From a virus (Duplodnaviria; Heunggongvirae; Uroviricota; Caudoviricetes), in IMG/VR virus record IMGVR_UViG_2554235190_000007: 34,570 nucleotides of DNA. One strand, written 5' to 3'. The notes beneath the pieces are model-generated. The model did no database searches. It was not told where the DNA came from and saw nothing but the letters and a program-made list of their open reading frames with translations. Position numbers and translations under genes: made by a program. Positions within the stretch are counted from its first letter, which is position 1, and every line of letters begins with the position of its first letter. Of the stretch, positions 10,084-19,370 are shown one piece after another.

Positions 10084-10237
10084 CGGTGTTCACCTTTTTA
10101 TTCACGCGCCGGATATCACCCGCTACTTCACGGCGCAGCCAGTAGTTGTTCTCGTCAACATTTCGCCCTTCGGCGGGCAAAAGGTCGCCGCGGGCAGGGT
10201 CAGGAACTGACCGCCCTTTAACAGGTTTGACAAACAT
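10067..10237 (-). CDS. small conserved phage ORF (56 aa), possibly DUF2635-like
   Basis: Not in the ORF track (under 60 aa). Found by manual translation: ATG at 10237 directly after the stop of the upstream gene, MFVKPVKGRSVPDPARGDLLPAEGRNVDENNYWLRREVAGDIRRVNKKVNTDDDKL, stop overlapping the sheath start by 17 nt. Mu has a small gene at this position. Confidence 0.4.
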   Translation of the reverse strand: MFVKPVKGRSVPDPARGDLLPAEGRNVDENNYWLRREVAGDIRRVNKKVNTDDDKL

Positions 10238-10245
10238 GAGGATCC

Positions 10246-10806
10246 TCAGGAAGGAAGGGTTATTTCGGTGTGATGTTCGATATCGCCGTCAGGCCCGTTA
10301 CCGGGCTCGAGATAATCAACATCAATCGCCAGCGTTTGCAGTTCATCCAGACTGTTCAGATCATCCTGCTGGCGGGTATCGTCTTCAGTCAGCTCGCTGA
10401 TGACCGAAAAATCGAACTGATAAATCAGCTCATGACGATTCAGATCCAGCAGCGTGCCGCCGTCATAGGTAATCGGGTTACCGCACGCTTCCGGGTTCCA
10501 GCCCAGCAGGGCCTTAAAGAGCATCTGCCGGACATCGTCCACCACATCATACGAGGCAAACTGACCGCGCTCATCACGCCCGTTACTCAGTATGACAACC
10601 ACGGAGAAGCCCTCTTTCAGCTCCTGCCAGTAGTCGGTCTGGCTTTTGTTTTCTCCCGGAGAGTCATCACCCGGTACCACATACGCCGCCGGGAGTCTCA
10701 GCTTTCCGATCTCCGGCAGATTTTTGAACTGTGCCGCGCCTGCCACCCGGTTTTCAAAATACGGGCAGCGGGCACGCAGCGCAGCAATAACAGGCGTCAG
10801 TTTCAT
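10246..10806 (-). CDS. virion protein, Mu gp37-like (DUF1834-type), probable tail completion protein
   Basis: 186 aa, N-terminus MKLTPVIAALRARCPYFENRVAGAAQF; lies between head-tail joining genes and sheath. Family assignment is from memory. Confidence 0.45.
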   Translation of the reverse strand: MKLTPVIAALRARCPYFENRVAGAAQFKNLPEIGKLRLPAAYVVPGDDSPGENKSQTDYWQELKEGFSVVVILSNGRDERGQFASYDVVDDVRQMLFKALLGWNPEACGNPITYDGGTLLDLNRHELIYQFDFSVISELTEDDTRQQDDLNSLDELQTLAIDVDYLEPGNGPDGDIEHHTEITLPS

Positions 10807-11309
10807 CTGTGTCGTCGCTCCGGCTTCAGTGATTTACGCAATTCCCGCGCCAGAAAATAGCGTGTCCAGCTGCGGTTCTTTTCAAGAGTTTCCACCATGA
10901 AGTTATTACGTGGAGCCAGTCGCCAGCCGCTGCCACCGGATGCACCACGATGATGACTACGACGACGTTTTGCTCCTCCCCGGACACCAAAAAACAGAAA
11001 TGCCGGATAGAAGTCACCAGAGATCATCCGGTTCCCCTTCCCGTTGCGCTGGTTAGGGGCAATGCGTGTCATAAAACCGGCTCGCTTTTTACTGGCTCTC
11101 GGCACCATATAACCAATCGAACGAGCCAGGCGTCCGGTCTGATAACCGGGGTTTTCACCTGGTACCGACCGCGCACGGCGCATCACCAGCCGACGGGCAT
11201 CACGCATATGACGCAGCCCAATCGTGACAAACGCCCGCCGGACACGGGCGCGGTTAAAGCGCATCTCGGCGGGCTGCTGAACATCAACGTGAAAAAAGGG
11301 AGTCGCCAT
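10803..11309 (-). CDS. HK97 gp10-family head-tail joining protein
   Basis: 168 aa with a TGRLARSIGY-type motif characteristic of the HK97 gp10 family; downstream of the head-tail adaptor. Confidence 0.55.
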   Translation of the reverse strand: MATPFFHVDVQQPAEMRFNRARVRRAFVTIGLRHMRDARRLVMRRARSVPGENPGYQTGRLARSIGYMVPRASKKRAGFMTRIAPNQRNGKGNRMISGDFYPAFLFFGVRGGAKRRRSHHRGASGGSGWRLAPRNNFMVETLEKNRSWTRYFLARELRKSLKPERRHR

Positions 11310-11694
11310 TGCTGCCTCCGTGACTCTGCCTACATTCGCCCAGCTCCGTACACTCCAGCAGCAGAAAGCGCCGCGCCCCGTTCAGATCACGCTGACGTTT
11401 CACCCGGTACACACTGTCATCACAGACCACCTCATAATCAGCAGTGATCCCCCGGCGGTAACGAATGGTGATGTAATGGGTGATGGCGTCCCCGGTCTGC
11501 GCGGTTTCCTGCCAGGTGGTGGCACTGGTCTGGATAACCTTCGCCCATGTCCGGAACGTAACCGGGTATTGAGGCTCCACGCCAAAGTTATCCGCGGGCA
11601 TATCCACCCGCTGGCGGATCAGGACGCGTTTATTCAGTTCACCGGGGTCCGGCAGAATGTAGGTTGCGCTGGTCTGCGCCTGACGAATTTTCAT
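11284..11694 (-). CDS. head-tail adaptor / head closure protein
   Basis: 136 aa with the conserved ITIRYR...LLLEC region typical of head-tail joining proteins; overlaps the next gene. Confidence 0.6.
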   Translation of the reverse strand: MKIRQAQTSATYILPDPGELNKRVLIRQRVDMPADNFGVEPQYPVTFRTWAKVIQTSATTWQETAQTGDAITHYITIRYRRGITADYEVVCDDSVYRVKRQRDLNGARRFLLLECTELGECRQSHGGSNGDSLFSR

Positions 11695-12014
11695 TGCGGA
11701 AAGTACCTGTACGGGCCGACAAGCCAGCCAAAACTCTGCGGCATGTCGAGTTTCTCCACTTCCGTAACCGACGAGCGGTTTTCGTAAAAATGGCTGATAA
11801 GCATCAGCATCCCCAGACGAATATCATCCGGCAGGTGCAGCCCGTCCGGATCGCTGTCCGGAATGGTTTCATCCGGTGCATAGAGCTTCCGGTTCAGATA
11901 CGTTTCCGTCCGCTTTTGTGCCGCACAGGCCAGCAGTTGCAGATGGCGGTCATCAGCATCGAAATCCTCATCCAGCCGGAGTTGGGCTTTAATCTCTTCC
12001 ATTGTCAGAAGCAT
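11691..12014 (-). CDS. gp6-like head-tail connector protein
   Basis: 107 aa, N-terminus MLLTMEEIKAQLRLDEDFDADDRHLQLLACAAQ matches the gp6-like connector pattern; follows the major capsid region. Confidence 0.6.
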   Translation of the reverse strand: MLLTMEEIKAQLRLDEDFDADDRHLQLLACAAQKRTETYLNRKLYAPDETIPDSDPDGLHLPDDIRLGMLMLISHFYENRSSVTEVEKLDMPQSFGWLVGPYRYFPQ

Positions 12015-12016
12015 AC

Positions 12017-12217
12017 TCAGCCCTCTTTACTGGTCGTGGCTTTTTTCTCTTTTGCCGCTTTACTGCTTTTTGCACTGATTCCGCGCTCTGCTAACCCGGC
12101 CTGAAGTGCAATCTCCTGCACCCGGGCAGGAAGTGCCCCGTCGTCATACTCACCGGCCCGAATGACCTCAACACGCATACCGTCCGGTGACCATTTCAGA
12201 TCTTGTTTCAGGATCAT
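12017..12217 (-). CDS. hypothetical small protein (66 aa) between capsid and connector genes
   Basis: Compact ORF filling the gap in the head module; K/A-rich C-terminus; no family recognised. Confidence 0.35.
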   Translation of the reverse strand: MILKQDLKWSPDGMRVEVIRAGEYDDGALPARVQEIALQAGLAERGISAKSSKAAKEKKATTSKEG

Positions 12218-12266
12218 GATTCTTCACCCGTCAGAACAGGGGGCGCGGTTCCGCGCCCTTGAGTGA

Positions 12267-13472
12267 TTACGCCGCTGCAATCTTCAGCAGTTTGATGGCC
12301 TGCGAATCGACCAGCATCCCGCCGGTGCGCTTGGTGGTATAAAAACCGACAAACGGTTTATTGGTGTACGGGTCACGCAGAATGCGGGTGCCGATACGGT
12401 CAACGATGGTGTAACCCCGTTTGAAGTTACCAAATGCAATGGCTTTCGCATCAGCGGCGATATCCGGCATCTGTTCGTTTTCAGCGATACCGTAACCCGC
12501 CAGAGAGGACGGCTGCCCCAGTTCCAGCCCCGGACGCCACAGATAGTTACCCTCGCTGTCTTTAAGCAGACGGATGGCAAACAGGCTGTTGTTGTTCATC
12601 ATGAACTTCGCGCCAGTGCGGTGTGCCTTACGCAGCGTGTAAATCAGTTTGATAATGGCGTCTGCGGTCACCGCGGTCGCTTCGCCGGATACAATATGCT
12701 GAAGTTTGCCGAACGCCCGGACCTTGTCGGTTTCATCAGTGGATTCATACGCCAGGAACCCTTTCGGCTTCTTGGTGCCATCGCCTGAGGTAAAGGCAAT
12801 TTCTTCCTGTTCGGCAAATTCGGTTGCCAGCTCGCTGTTGATCCAGGCCTCCACGTTGAAGAAGGCATCGTCCAGCATTTTCTGGGTAGCCTGCGGGTTG
12901 CCGTAAATTTCCCCCATGAGAGGTTCAATCAGCTCCAGTCTGGAGGTGGCAGTCTGGGATCGCGTATCCGTTTCCCCCACCCATCCGGAAGCCGTACCGC
13001 CCAGATTCACCAGTTTTTTGTAGTCGGAACCGCCAACGGTGATCACCGTGGCTTCCTGACGCATCACCACTTCATCTTTCAGCAGGTTAAGAATGTTGCG
13101 ATCCAGTTCTTCCGGCACGGCGTAGCCACCGTCTTCATCGGTACCCACCTGCAATGCCTTACGCTCCAGATCGCGCAGACCGTCTTCACGGCCTTTACGC
13201 AGGAAGCCCACAAACGCCTCTTTATGCTCGGTGGCCAGTTTATTTTGCGCTCCACCAGCCGGACGTTTCAGCTCAAGCAGCTCTTTTTCAAGGTCGCTTT
13301 TGAGATTTTCCAGCTCGCTGAGTTTCCCGTTCAGGGTTTCCACCTGCCCGGCAAGCTTGCCTTTTTCCTGCTCAATCGCATCCACGCGCTTGTCGTTCTT
13401 TGCTTTGAAGTCGTCAAACTTCTGCTGCAGCTCCTGCGCGACCTGTTCGACATCTTTAATATCAACCGCCAT
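12267..13472 (-). CDS. major capsid protein, HK97 family
   Basis: 401 aa with a long N-terminal coiled-coil delta domain (KLAGQVETLNGKLSELENLKSDLEKELLELK) followed by an HK97-fold capsid domain; directly downstream of the prohead protease. Confidence 0.85.
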   Translation of the reverse strand: MAVDIKDVEQVAQELQQKFDDFKAKNDKRVDAIEQEKGKLAGQVETLNGKLSELENLKSDLEKELLELKRPAGGAQNKLATEHKEAFVGFLRKGREDGLRDLERKALQVGTDEDGGYAVPEELDRNILNLLKDEVVMRQEATVITVGGSDYKKLVNLGGTASGWVGETDTRSQTATSRLELIEPLMGEIYGNPQATQKMLDDAFFNVEAWINSELATEFAEQEEIAFTSGDGTKKPKGFLAYESTDETDKVRAFGKLQHIVSGEATAVTADAIIKLIYTLRKAHRTGAKFMMNNNSLFAIRLLKDSEGNYLWRPGLELGQPSSLAGYGIAENEQMPDIAADAKAIAFGNFKRGYTIVDRIGTRILRDPYTNKPFVGFYTTKRTGGMLVDSQAIKLLKIAAA

Positions 13473-13486
13473 CGTATTTCTCCTGA

Positions 13487-14137
13487 TTAGAAGTTCAGAT
13501 TTTTCAGTGCATTCAGTGCAGAGCCCACATCCTCAGCGTCGCGCAGGGACAGTGCGCCATAGCCCCCGGCCATGAATGCTTTGGCCTGGGTACGGGAGAG
13601 TCCGACATCACGCAGGACTCTTTCGATTTTTTTCTGTTCGGGGATTTCCCCGCGGGCCAGTGCGTTCTTGACGTCGCTGATCCGCGCCTCGTCGTTAGAC
13701 GGGAACGTCACCAGGCTGACTTCCCAGAGGTCGATTTCTTTCAGCAGAAAGGCTTCTTTGCTCCGGTCGTATTCCCAGTCTTTCAGGACGTACCCAATAG
13801 AAAGGCCGGTTAACGAACCGGCCTTCATGTGTGCATGTGCGCGTTTTGCGAGGGGATCATCATCAATAAGCAACCGTCCCCTGACGTAAAGCCCGACATC
13901 GTCTTCCTTCATTTCGGTGTAAACACCGATGGGTTCATCCATGCGGTGCTGCCAGAGCAGCGCAGGTAACGCTTTTCTGTCACTCCACGCCCGCAGGGAA
14001 GCAGCAAATGCCCCGGACATCACCACATCATCGTGGCTGTCCTTTACACCAAAGACGGAGCCATACCCTTCAAACTCACCGGAGTCACTGACAGATTTCA
14101 GACTCAGCGGTACATCAAGACGTTGTTTCGTCTGCAT
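13487..14137 (-). CDS. prohead maturation protease, HK97 family (peptidase S78)
   Basis: Strong match to the S78 pattern (SGEFEGYGSVFGVKDSHDDVV...LWQH...EPIGV...LSIGY...EVSLVTFPSN). Track ORF starts at 14173; the internal ATG at about 14137 has a better Shine-Dalgarno (AAGGA), so the start is placed there with uncertainty. Confidence 0.8.
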   Translation of the reverse strand: MQTKQRLDVPLSLKSVSDSGEFEGYGSVFGVKDSHDDVVMSGAFAASLRAWSDRKALPALLWQHRMDEPIGVYTEMKEDDVGLYVRGRLLIDDDPLAKRAHAHMKAGSLTGLSIGYVLKDWEYDRSKEAFLLKEIDLWEVSLVTFPSNDEARISDVKNALARGEIPEQKKIERVLRDVGLSRTQAKAFMAGGYGALSLRDAEDVGSALNALKNLNF

Positions 14138-15356
14138 TGGCGTTATCCTTCTGCTTACCGGCTTTACTGCCATCGGAGGGTTTCGTGGTCATGTTCATCG
14201 GTGTGAGATAGACATCACCACCGGGACGCGGATTCATATCTTCCAGGTCGCGGCAGTCATTGGGAGAGTAAATTCCCCAGTTGATCCCGGTGGCGTAGGC
14301 TTCAAAACGGGACTTCATATCCCCGCGCAGTAACGCCCCGGCGTTAAATTTGGCGTAATAAACGCCCTGCTTACTTTTTCGTACCAGTCCGGTGTTGATC
14401 CGCTGTTCGATGCGGGTCAGATACGGCACCAGTGAATAGTTGATAAATCCCAGCCCCAGCTCTTCGATATTGTTGAAGGTGGCGCGATCGGTGTTCTGCA
14501 CCATGTGCAACGGCACCCGGAACAGACGACAGATTTCTTCAAGCTGAAACTTGCGGGTTTCCAGGAACTGGCTGTCCTCGGCGTTCAGCGCCATCGACTT
14601 CCAGTCCAGCCCCATCTCAAGGATCATCGGGCGGTGAGCATTGCCAAGCCCGGTGTGACGCTCCTCAAAATCTTTCTTCAGGCGCTCATAAGCCTGATCT
14701 GACAGCGTCTGCTCTGTACGCAACACACCCGACGTCACCGCGCCATTGCTGAACAGTCTGGCCCCGTGCTCTTCGGTCGCAGCTGCCAGCGATATTGCCT
14801 CGCGGGCATAGGCGATGGGATTCAGCCCCACCAGTCCGTCCAGCGTCAGCGTGCGCACATGCCAGATATCCTCCTGGCTCAGTACATCCGTGGAGCCATC
14901 CGGGAATGTGACCTGATAGATCGGCTCCCAGCTACTGTTAAGCTTCGGTACCACACAGCCGGGATCGACGGGCAGCAGTTCAGCCACTTCGCCAAATGCT
15001 TTCACTTTGTAGGCGTAAAAGTTTCCCCGCAGGCACAGACAGGTGACCACCAGCTCCCAGAACTCCTGCGGCGTCATATAGCCATTGGGATGCGTGGAGA
15101 TCAGTTTATGCAGACGTTCGCCGGTGGCTCTCTGCTTCAGGCTGCCGTTCAGGTGATACAGATTGCAGGGCAACATCCCGACCGACTCTGCCAGCACTCT
15201 GACGCAGGAAAAAACCGCCGTCAGTCGCATGGCCCGCTGACTGCTGATCTGCTTTCCGGTATAGGTGTCGTAGGACAACCCGATGGCATCCGCCAGCTCT
15301 GCTGGCGTGGTCACCGGTGCGTCACTTTTTCGTTGAAATAATCCCGAAAAGAACAC
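14115..15356 (-). CDS. portal protein, HK97 family
   Basis: 413 aa between terminase and protease; portal-type sequence; GTG start in the track. Confidence 0.85.
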   Translation of the reverse strand: MFFSGLFQRKSDAPVTTPAELADAIGLSYDTYTGKQISSQRAMRLTAVFSCVRVLAESVGMLPCNLYHLNGSLKQRATGERLHKLISTHPNGYMTPQEFWELVVTCLCLRGNFYAYKVKAFGEVAELLPVDPGCVVPKLNSSWEPIYQVTFPDGSTDVLSQEDIWHVRTLTLDGLVGLNPIAYAREAISLAAATEEHGARLFSNGAVTSGVLRTEQTLSDQAYERLKKDFEERHTGLGNAHRPMILEMGLDWKSMALNAEDSQFLETRKFQLEEICRLFRVPLHMVQNTDRATFNNIEELGLGFINYSLVPYLTRIEQRINTGLVRKSKQGVYYAKFNAGALLRGDMKSRFEAYATGINWGIYSPNDCRDLEDMNPRPGGDVYLTPMNMTTKPSDGSKAGKQKDNANADETTS

Positions 15357-15538
15357 TATTTACCTCCACCAACAGACAGCTGTGTACGGTCGAGATATCG
15401 CGCTACCAGCCACGACCAGAACAGGCACAACGCCCCGGCAACAACAAACCCCGCCGGGGGATAAATCAGCCAGGCACCATACGCCAGCAAAAGCGCCCCC
15501 AGCACGCCCACCAGAGGCGCGAGAATCAGCATGATCAT
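15356..15538 (-). CDS. hypothetical small membrane protein (two predicted TM helices)
   Basis: 60-aa ORF exactly filling the gap between terminase large subunit and portal, [48 protein letters not shown]; could be a real small hydrophobic protein or chance ORF. Confidence 0.3.
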   Translation of the reverse strand: MIMLILAPLVGVLGALLLAYGAWLIYPPAGFVVAGALCLFWSWLVARYLDRTQLSVGGGK

Positions 15539-15549
15539 AATTACCTCAG

Positions 15550-17283
15550 TTAAAGCGAGCGGATCCCATAGGACTCAATGTGGTCAGACAGCGTGTCTTC
15601 TTTCTCGTACAGCATGGCTCTGCCAACCGCCATAATCAGCGCAACTGCACCGTCAATTTTGTTTTCCGCCTGCTCTTTGACGGGTTTCACCACATCATCG
15701 TTACCCGGAATGGTTTTGCCGACCACATTGCCGATACACCAGGTCATGATGGGATTGCCATCATGATGAAAGCGCCCCGATTCAATTGCCGCTTCCAGCT
15801 CTTTCATCGGGTCGGACATGTTGGTGTAGTTCTGAATGATAGTGACGGGATTCAGGTCTTCATCAGCAAGGTCATGTGACAACCCGGTCGCCCCGAAGGG
15901 GTCGATGGGTGACTCACTGACCGGGCTGATTTTGTTCGCCGCTTTGGCCTCCTCGAGGATGTAGCGATAATCCACCTCCGCACCATCGGTAACGGTCAGA
16001 ACGCCCATTTCCACCCATTTCTGAAAGCGTTCGGCTGTCCGGCGATCTTCATTTTTCTCGACGCTGTACACCGTGTCATACGGTACCCAGAAGCGCGGAG
16101 CCACACTGTAGTAATGCGTTTTACCGTCAATCTCGCGGGTATAAAGTCGCGCCATGCTGTTCATATCCAGCTTACGCGCCAGGTCAAAGGCCAGAATGCA
16201 CGGTTGCCCCTCGAACTGCTCAAGGGTCAGTGATTTATCCTCGCAGCTCTGCCAGCTCACCAGGTTGAAATACGCCGAACGCGCCGACACCCAGATATTG
16301 AGGTGTTTTGTTTTAAAGACGTTTGCCAGACGGGCGTTATTTTTCGCACGCTGCTGCTGACTTAACAAAAATTCGCGATAAACCGACACGCCAATATTCG
16401 GGTTAGCTTTTTCCAGCACCTGCGGGTCGGTCCAGTCATCGCCTTCGTCAACGGTATAGATGATCCCGAACAGTTCATCGTTGGGTACCGAACCGTTGAG
16501 CATCTCGATAACTTCCCGCCGCTTGTCGTAGCACGGCCCCTCAATGTTGTACCCGGCGGTGGTGATGGCCCACATCAGTGGCTGACGTCGCGCGCCCATC
16601 CCGGTAAGCATCGTGGTATAAAGCGCATCGGTGGCGTGCTCGTGATATTCATCCACCACGGCACAGTGGGGTGATGAACCATCACCGGGGTTACCGATCA
16701 GCGGTTCAAACCGCGCGCCATCCTCCGGACGGTTCATGTTTGAGGCGTTAACCTCAATCCCGAACGCTTCCGTCAGCATGGGTGTGCGTTTACACATCAG
16801 TCGCGCCGGGCGAAAGACTTCCCACGCCTGTTTCTCTGTCGTGGCACCGGAATACACTTCCGCGCCAAACTCGTTATCACAGGCAAAACAATACAGGGCA
16901 ACACCGGCAGAGATTGCCGATTTGCCGTTCTTACGGGGGATTTCGGTATACACCTCCCTGAAGCGGCGCAGCCGGGAGCCTTTATTGACCCAGCCAAACG
17001 CACAGCAGATCACAAAGAGCTGCCACGGTTCCAGCGTGATGGGCATCCTCTTGAATGCCCACTCCCCCTTGGTGTGTGGCAACAGCTGAATAAATTTCGC
17101 GGCCCGTTCAGCCAGGTCCTTGTCGAAGCGGTAACGAAACGACTTACTTTTTTCCACCATCAGGTCATCAAGATGGCGCTGGCAGGCCTGAATCACAAAC
17201 TGGCAGGCCACAATCTTTCCGCGCACGACATCACGGGCATACTGATTGGCAGCATTTACGTTGGGGTAAGATTTCCGGCTCAT
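15550..17283 (-). CDS. terminase large subunit
   Basis: 577 aa with Walker A-like IPRKNGKS and a C-terminal nuclease domain; ATG start overlapping the small subunit stop. Confidence 0.9.
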   Translation of the reverse strand: MSRKSYPNVNAANQYARDVVRGKIVACQFVIQACQRHLDDLMVEKSKSFRYRFDKDLAERAAKFIQLLPHTKGEWAFKRMPITLEPWQLFVICCAFGWVNKGSRLRRFREVYTEIPRKNGKSAISAGVALYCFACDNEFGAEVYSGATTEKQAWEVFRPARLMCKRTPMLTEAFGIEVNASNMNRPEDGARFEPLIGNPGDGSSPHCAVVDEYHEHATDALYTTMLTGMGARRQPLMWAITTAGYNIEGPCYDKRREVIEMLNGSVPNDELFGIIYTVDEGDDWTDPQVLEKANPNIGVSVYREFLLSQQQRAKNNARLANVFKTKHLNIWVSARSAYFNLVSWQSCEDKSLTLEQFEGQPCILAFDLARKLDMNSMARLYTREIDGKTHYYSVAPRFWVPYDTVYSVEKNEDRRTAERFQKWVEMGVLTVTDGAEVDYRYILEEAKAANKISPVSESPIDPFGATGLSHDLADEDLNPVTIIQNYTNMSDPMKELEAAIESGRFHHDGNPIMTWCIGNVVGKTIPGNDDVVKPVKEQAENKIDGAVALIMAVGRAMLYEKEDTLSDHIESYGIRSL

Positions 17284-17774
17284 GATTCGATGATTTTCAG
17301 AAACGGGTTAGTGGCTTTCTTCTGCCCCGCCAGGCCAATCAGACGCTGGCGGCTGCTGGGGTCGAGTCCGAGCATTGCCCCCGTGCTGCTCATCTCGGAC
17401 TCCTGTTCTTTCTTGGCGGTCAGCTCCGGATTTTTGACCATGCCACCCATTGCACCGGTGATGGTGTTGCCCTGTCTGGCAATATTTTTCACGGCACGCC
17501 GCCAGAACTCGTAGGCCACGCACCACCGCTCAAGCACCGCGAGGTCAGTCACGCACAGCAGGCCCTGACCGCAGAGTTCTTTGGTTGTCAGTTGCCACAT
17601 GATCGTGGCGAGAGGGAGATCTTCTTCAGCGAACCACTCCGGTGGCTCAACACCTTTGATGGGCGTAAAAACAGGTTCATCTTTATTCAGGGCTCGCTTG
17701 CCGGGGTTTCCGGCCAGCGCCTTGCGCGCCGTTGGCTTGGGGCGACGCCCGGAACGCCCCGCCGTTCCAGCCAT
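17280..17774 (-). CDS. terminase small subunit, P27 family
   Basis: Track ORF starts at GTG 17783, but an ATG at 17774 is preceded by AGGAG with 8-nt spacing, so the start is placed there ([27 protein letters not shown]...). Typical P27-family N-terminus. Confidence 0.75.
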   Translation of the reverse strand: MAGTAGRSGRRPKPTARKALAGNPGKRALNKDEPVFTPIKGVEPPEWFAEEDLPLATIMWQLTTKELCGQGLLCVTDLAVLERWCVAYEFWRRAVKNIARQGNTITGAMGGMVKNPELTAKKEQESEMSSTGAMLGLDPSSRQRLIGLAGQKKATNPFLKIIES

Positions 17775-17799
17775 ATGCGGCACTCCTGGTTAAATTTCA

Positions 17800-17899
17800 T
17801 TTTTCGCGGGTATAAAAAAACGATGGGGCGGGCAGTCCGGAAGACGTCAGGTCACAGAGATTTGACCCGCCCCTCCCCTCAGACAGTTGAGAATTATTA
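17800..17899. other. candidate cos (cohesive end / terminase recognition) region
   Basis: Non-coding gap between the HNH gene and the terminase small subunit, where HK97-type phages carry cos. Contains the G-rich GGGGCGGGCAGTCC (about 17825..17838) and its partial inverted partner GACCCGCCCC (about 17864..17873). Position-based inference only. Confidence 0.3.
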
Positions 17900-18250
17900 T
17901 CACTTAAGTCGTTCACGGGCCGTCTTCGCCTTATGACACGGCCAGCACAGACTCTGCAGATTACAGTCGGCATCAGTGCCGCCATGCGCTTTAGGGATGA
18001 TGTGGTCAACGGTTTTCGCCTCACGCACCACACCAGCACGCAGACATAACTGACACAGGCCTTTGTCACGCTTCAGGACACCCGCGCGGATACTGTCCCA
18101 CTTCGAACCATAACCGCGCTGATGACGGGATTGTCCTGGCTTGTATTGCTTCCAGCCCTCGCTTTTGTGGCTTTCGCAATAGCCTGACGGATCAGTCGTG
18201 GTATTGCGGCAACCGCGAAAACGGCAGGCTTTTGGGGTTCGTGGTGGCAT
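17900..18250 (-). CDS. HNH endonuclease (terminase-associated)
   Basis: 116 aa with Cys-rich zinc finger and HNH motif (CQLCLRAGVVREAKTVDHIIPKAHGG...NLQSLCWPCH); immediately upstream of terminase as in HK97-like cos phages. Confidence 0.85.
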   Translation of the reverse strand: MPPRTPKACRFRGCRNTTTDPSGYCESHKSEGWKQYKPGQSRHQRGYGSKWDSIRAGVLKRDKGLCQLCLRAGVVREAKTVDHIIPKAHGGTDADCNLQSLCWPCHKAKTARERLK

Positions 18251-18285
18251 TTATATCCCCTCTTTGGTGCACGCTTACAATGCGT

Positions 18286-18310
18286 AAAAAAGCCTCGCAT
18301 TAGCGAGGCT
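18286..18310 (-). terminator. rho-independent terminator upstream of the HNH gene
   Basis: Hairpin AGCCTCGC-(4 nt)-GCGAGGCT followed on the minus strand by TTTTTT. Confidence 0.5.
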
Positions 18311-18416
18311 CGTTTATATCTTGAAGGTGAATACTTATTGTCTTATCTATCCACGGGAAACATTAAGATTATTACACCCGTTAGTTGGGAAATAAAACAA
18401 AATGCAGGTGGTTTAT

Positions 18417-18641
18417 TTATTCTTTGCTGATTGCTTTCTGAATGGCATCGGCTAATGGTTCAATTAAGCCAATAGCTGCTTTTAATTCCTGTTCAAATTT
18501 TGCACTTGTAGCCTGACCACCTGCAGAAGAAAGTGAGGCCTTAACTAATTCAAGGGCAGCTTGAACAGCTATAACCCTCTGTTTTTGAGCTTGAGTTACA
18601 GGCTGAGCACCTATTCCTGAAGGGAAATAATTCTCTAACAT
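18417..18641 (-). CDS. hypothetical small helical protein (74 aa), AT-rich insert between Rz and HNH
   Basis: ATG preceded by GGAGG with 5-nt spacing; lower GC than the neighbours; flanked by about 270 bp and 100 bp of non-coding DNA and followed by a terminator. No family recognised. Confidence 0.5.
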   Translation of the reverse strand: MLENYFPSGIGAQPVTQAQKQRVIAVQAALELVKASLSSAGGQATSAKFEQELKAAIGLIEPLADAIQKAISKE

Positions 18642-18908
18642 TACAACCTCCGTATTAAAAAGTGAGGTTACACATTACCCTTAAGATTACTCTTAGTGAA
18701 GAGGTATCTCATAATTATCACCCTTACCAATAACGCTTGATGAAATTTGTAATGGACTGGCTCTTATTTCAACGCAACCACTTACCGCGCGCCAGATGCT
18801 TAACCTCAAACATTAGCAATGAGATGTTTAATCTGAATCCACTCCAGAAGTAATCACCACTCTGTCTACAGGGCCTGATGTGAAGGATGATGAGTAAAAT
18901 TATCGCTA

Positions 18909-19370
18909 TCATCGAAGGCATTGCGTCCTGATGTACTCCTGCAGGTAGTTAACCTGTGCGGTTATCCTGTCGATTCCACTTCGGAGACGGTAATAATTGA
19001 GTTCAGCATCTGCTGTAAGTCCTGGGCTTTCTCCATCGCCCATGCCGCTGGCTCTGGTCGTTGATTTTGCACAGGTGGCGGCGACTTGCAGGCGCTTACG
19101 CCCAGAAGAAACATCAGCACGGAGACTTTCGATAGTCGCGTTAGCATCAGCAAGCTCCTTTGTGTATCTGGCGTCAAGTTCTGCTACGTCACGTTGACGC
19201 TTCTGCATATCAGAGATAGTCGCCATAGCCGAATCTAATGCCATAGCATTCTCATCACGCTGCTTTTTGTATGCGATGGCTTTGCTGTGGTAATAATTTG
19301 CTGAACAGATAAAAGAACCAATGACAGTAACGAAGAATGCAGCGATAACCAGCTTATAGCTCAACTTCAT
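18909..19370 (-). CDS. Rz: Rz i-spanin
   Basis: 153 aa with N-terminal TM anchor and coiled coil; close similarity to lambda Rz (e.g. MQKRQRDVAELDARYTKELADA versus lambda MQMRQRDVAALDAKYTKELADA). Confidence 0.85.
   Translation of the reverse strand: MKLSYKLVIAAFFVTVIGSFICSANYYHSKAIAYKKQRDENAMALDSAMATISDMQKRQRDVAELDARYTKELADANATIESLRADVSSGRKRLQVAATCAKSTTRASGMGDGESPGLTADAELNYYRLRSGIDRITAQVNYLQEYIRTQCLR
18962..19147 (-). CDS. Rz1: Rz1 o-spanin lipoprotein, embedded in Rz in the +1 frame
   Basis: Embedded ORF with a lipoprotein signal MLTRLSKVSVLMFLLGVSAC (lipobox VSAC) followed by a Pro-rich segment KSPPPVQ, as in lambda Rz1. Start chosen at the internal Met (track ORF extends to 19177). Confidence 0.65.
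   Translation of the reverse strand: MLTRLSKVSVLMFLLGVSACKSPPPVQNQRPEPAAWAMEKAQDLQQMLNSIITVSEVESTG

Noticed and set aside
17783-17783. GTG start of the terminase small subunit as given by the ORF track
   Set aside because: That GTG overlaps the AGGAG ribosome binding site that is correctly spaced for the ATG at 17774, so the ATG is preferred.
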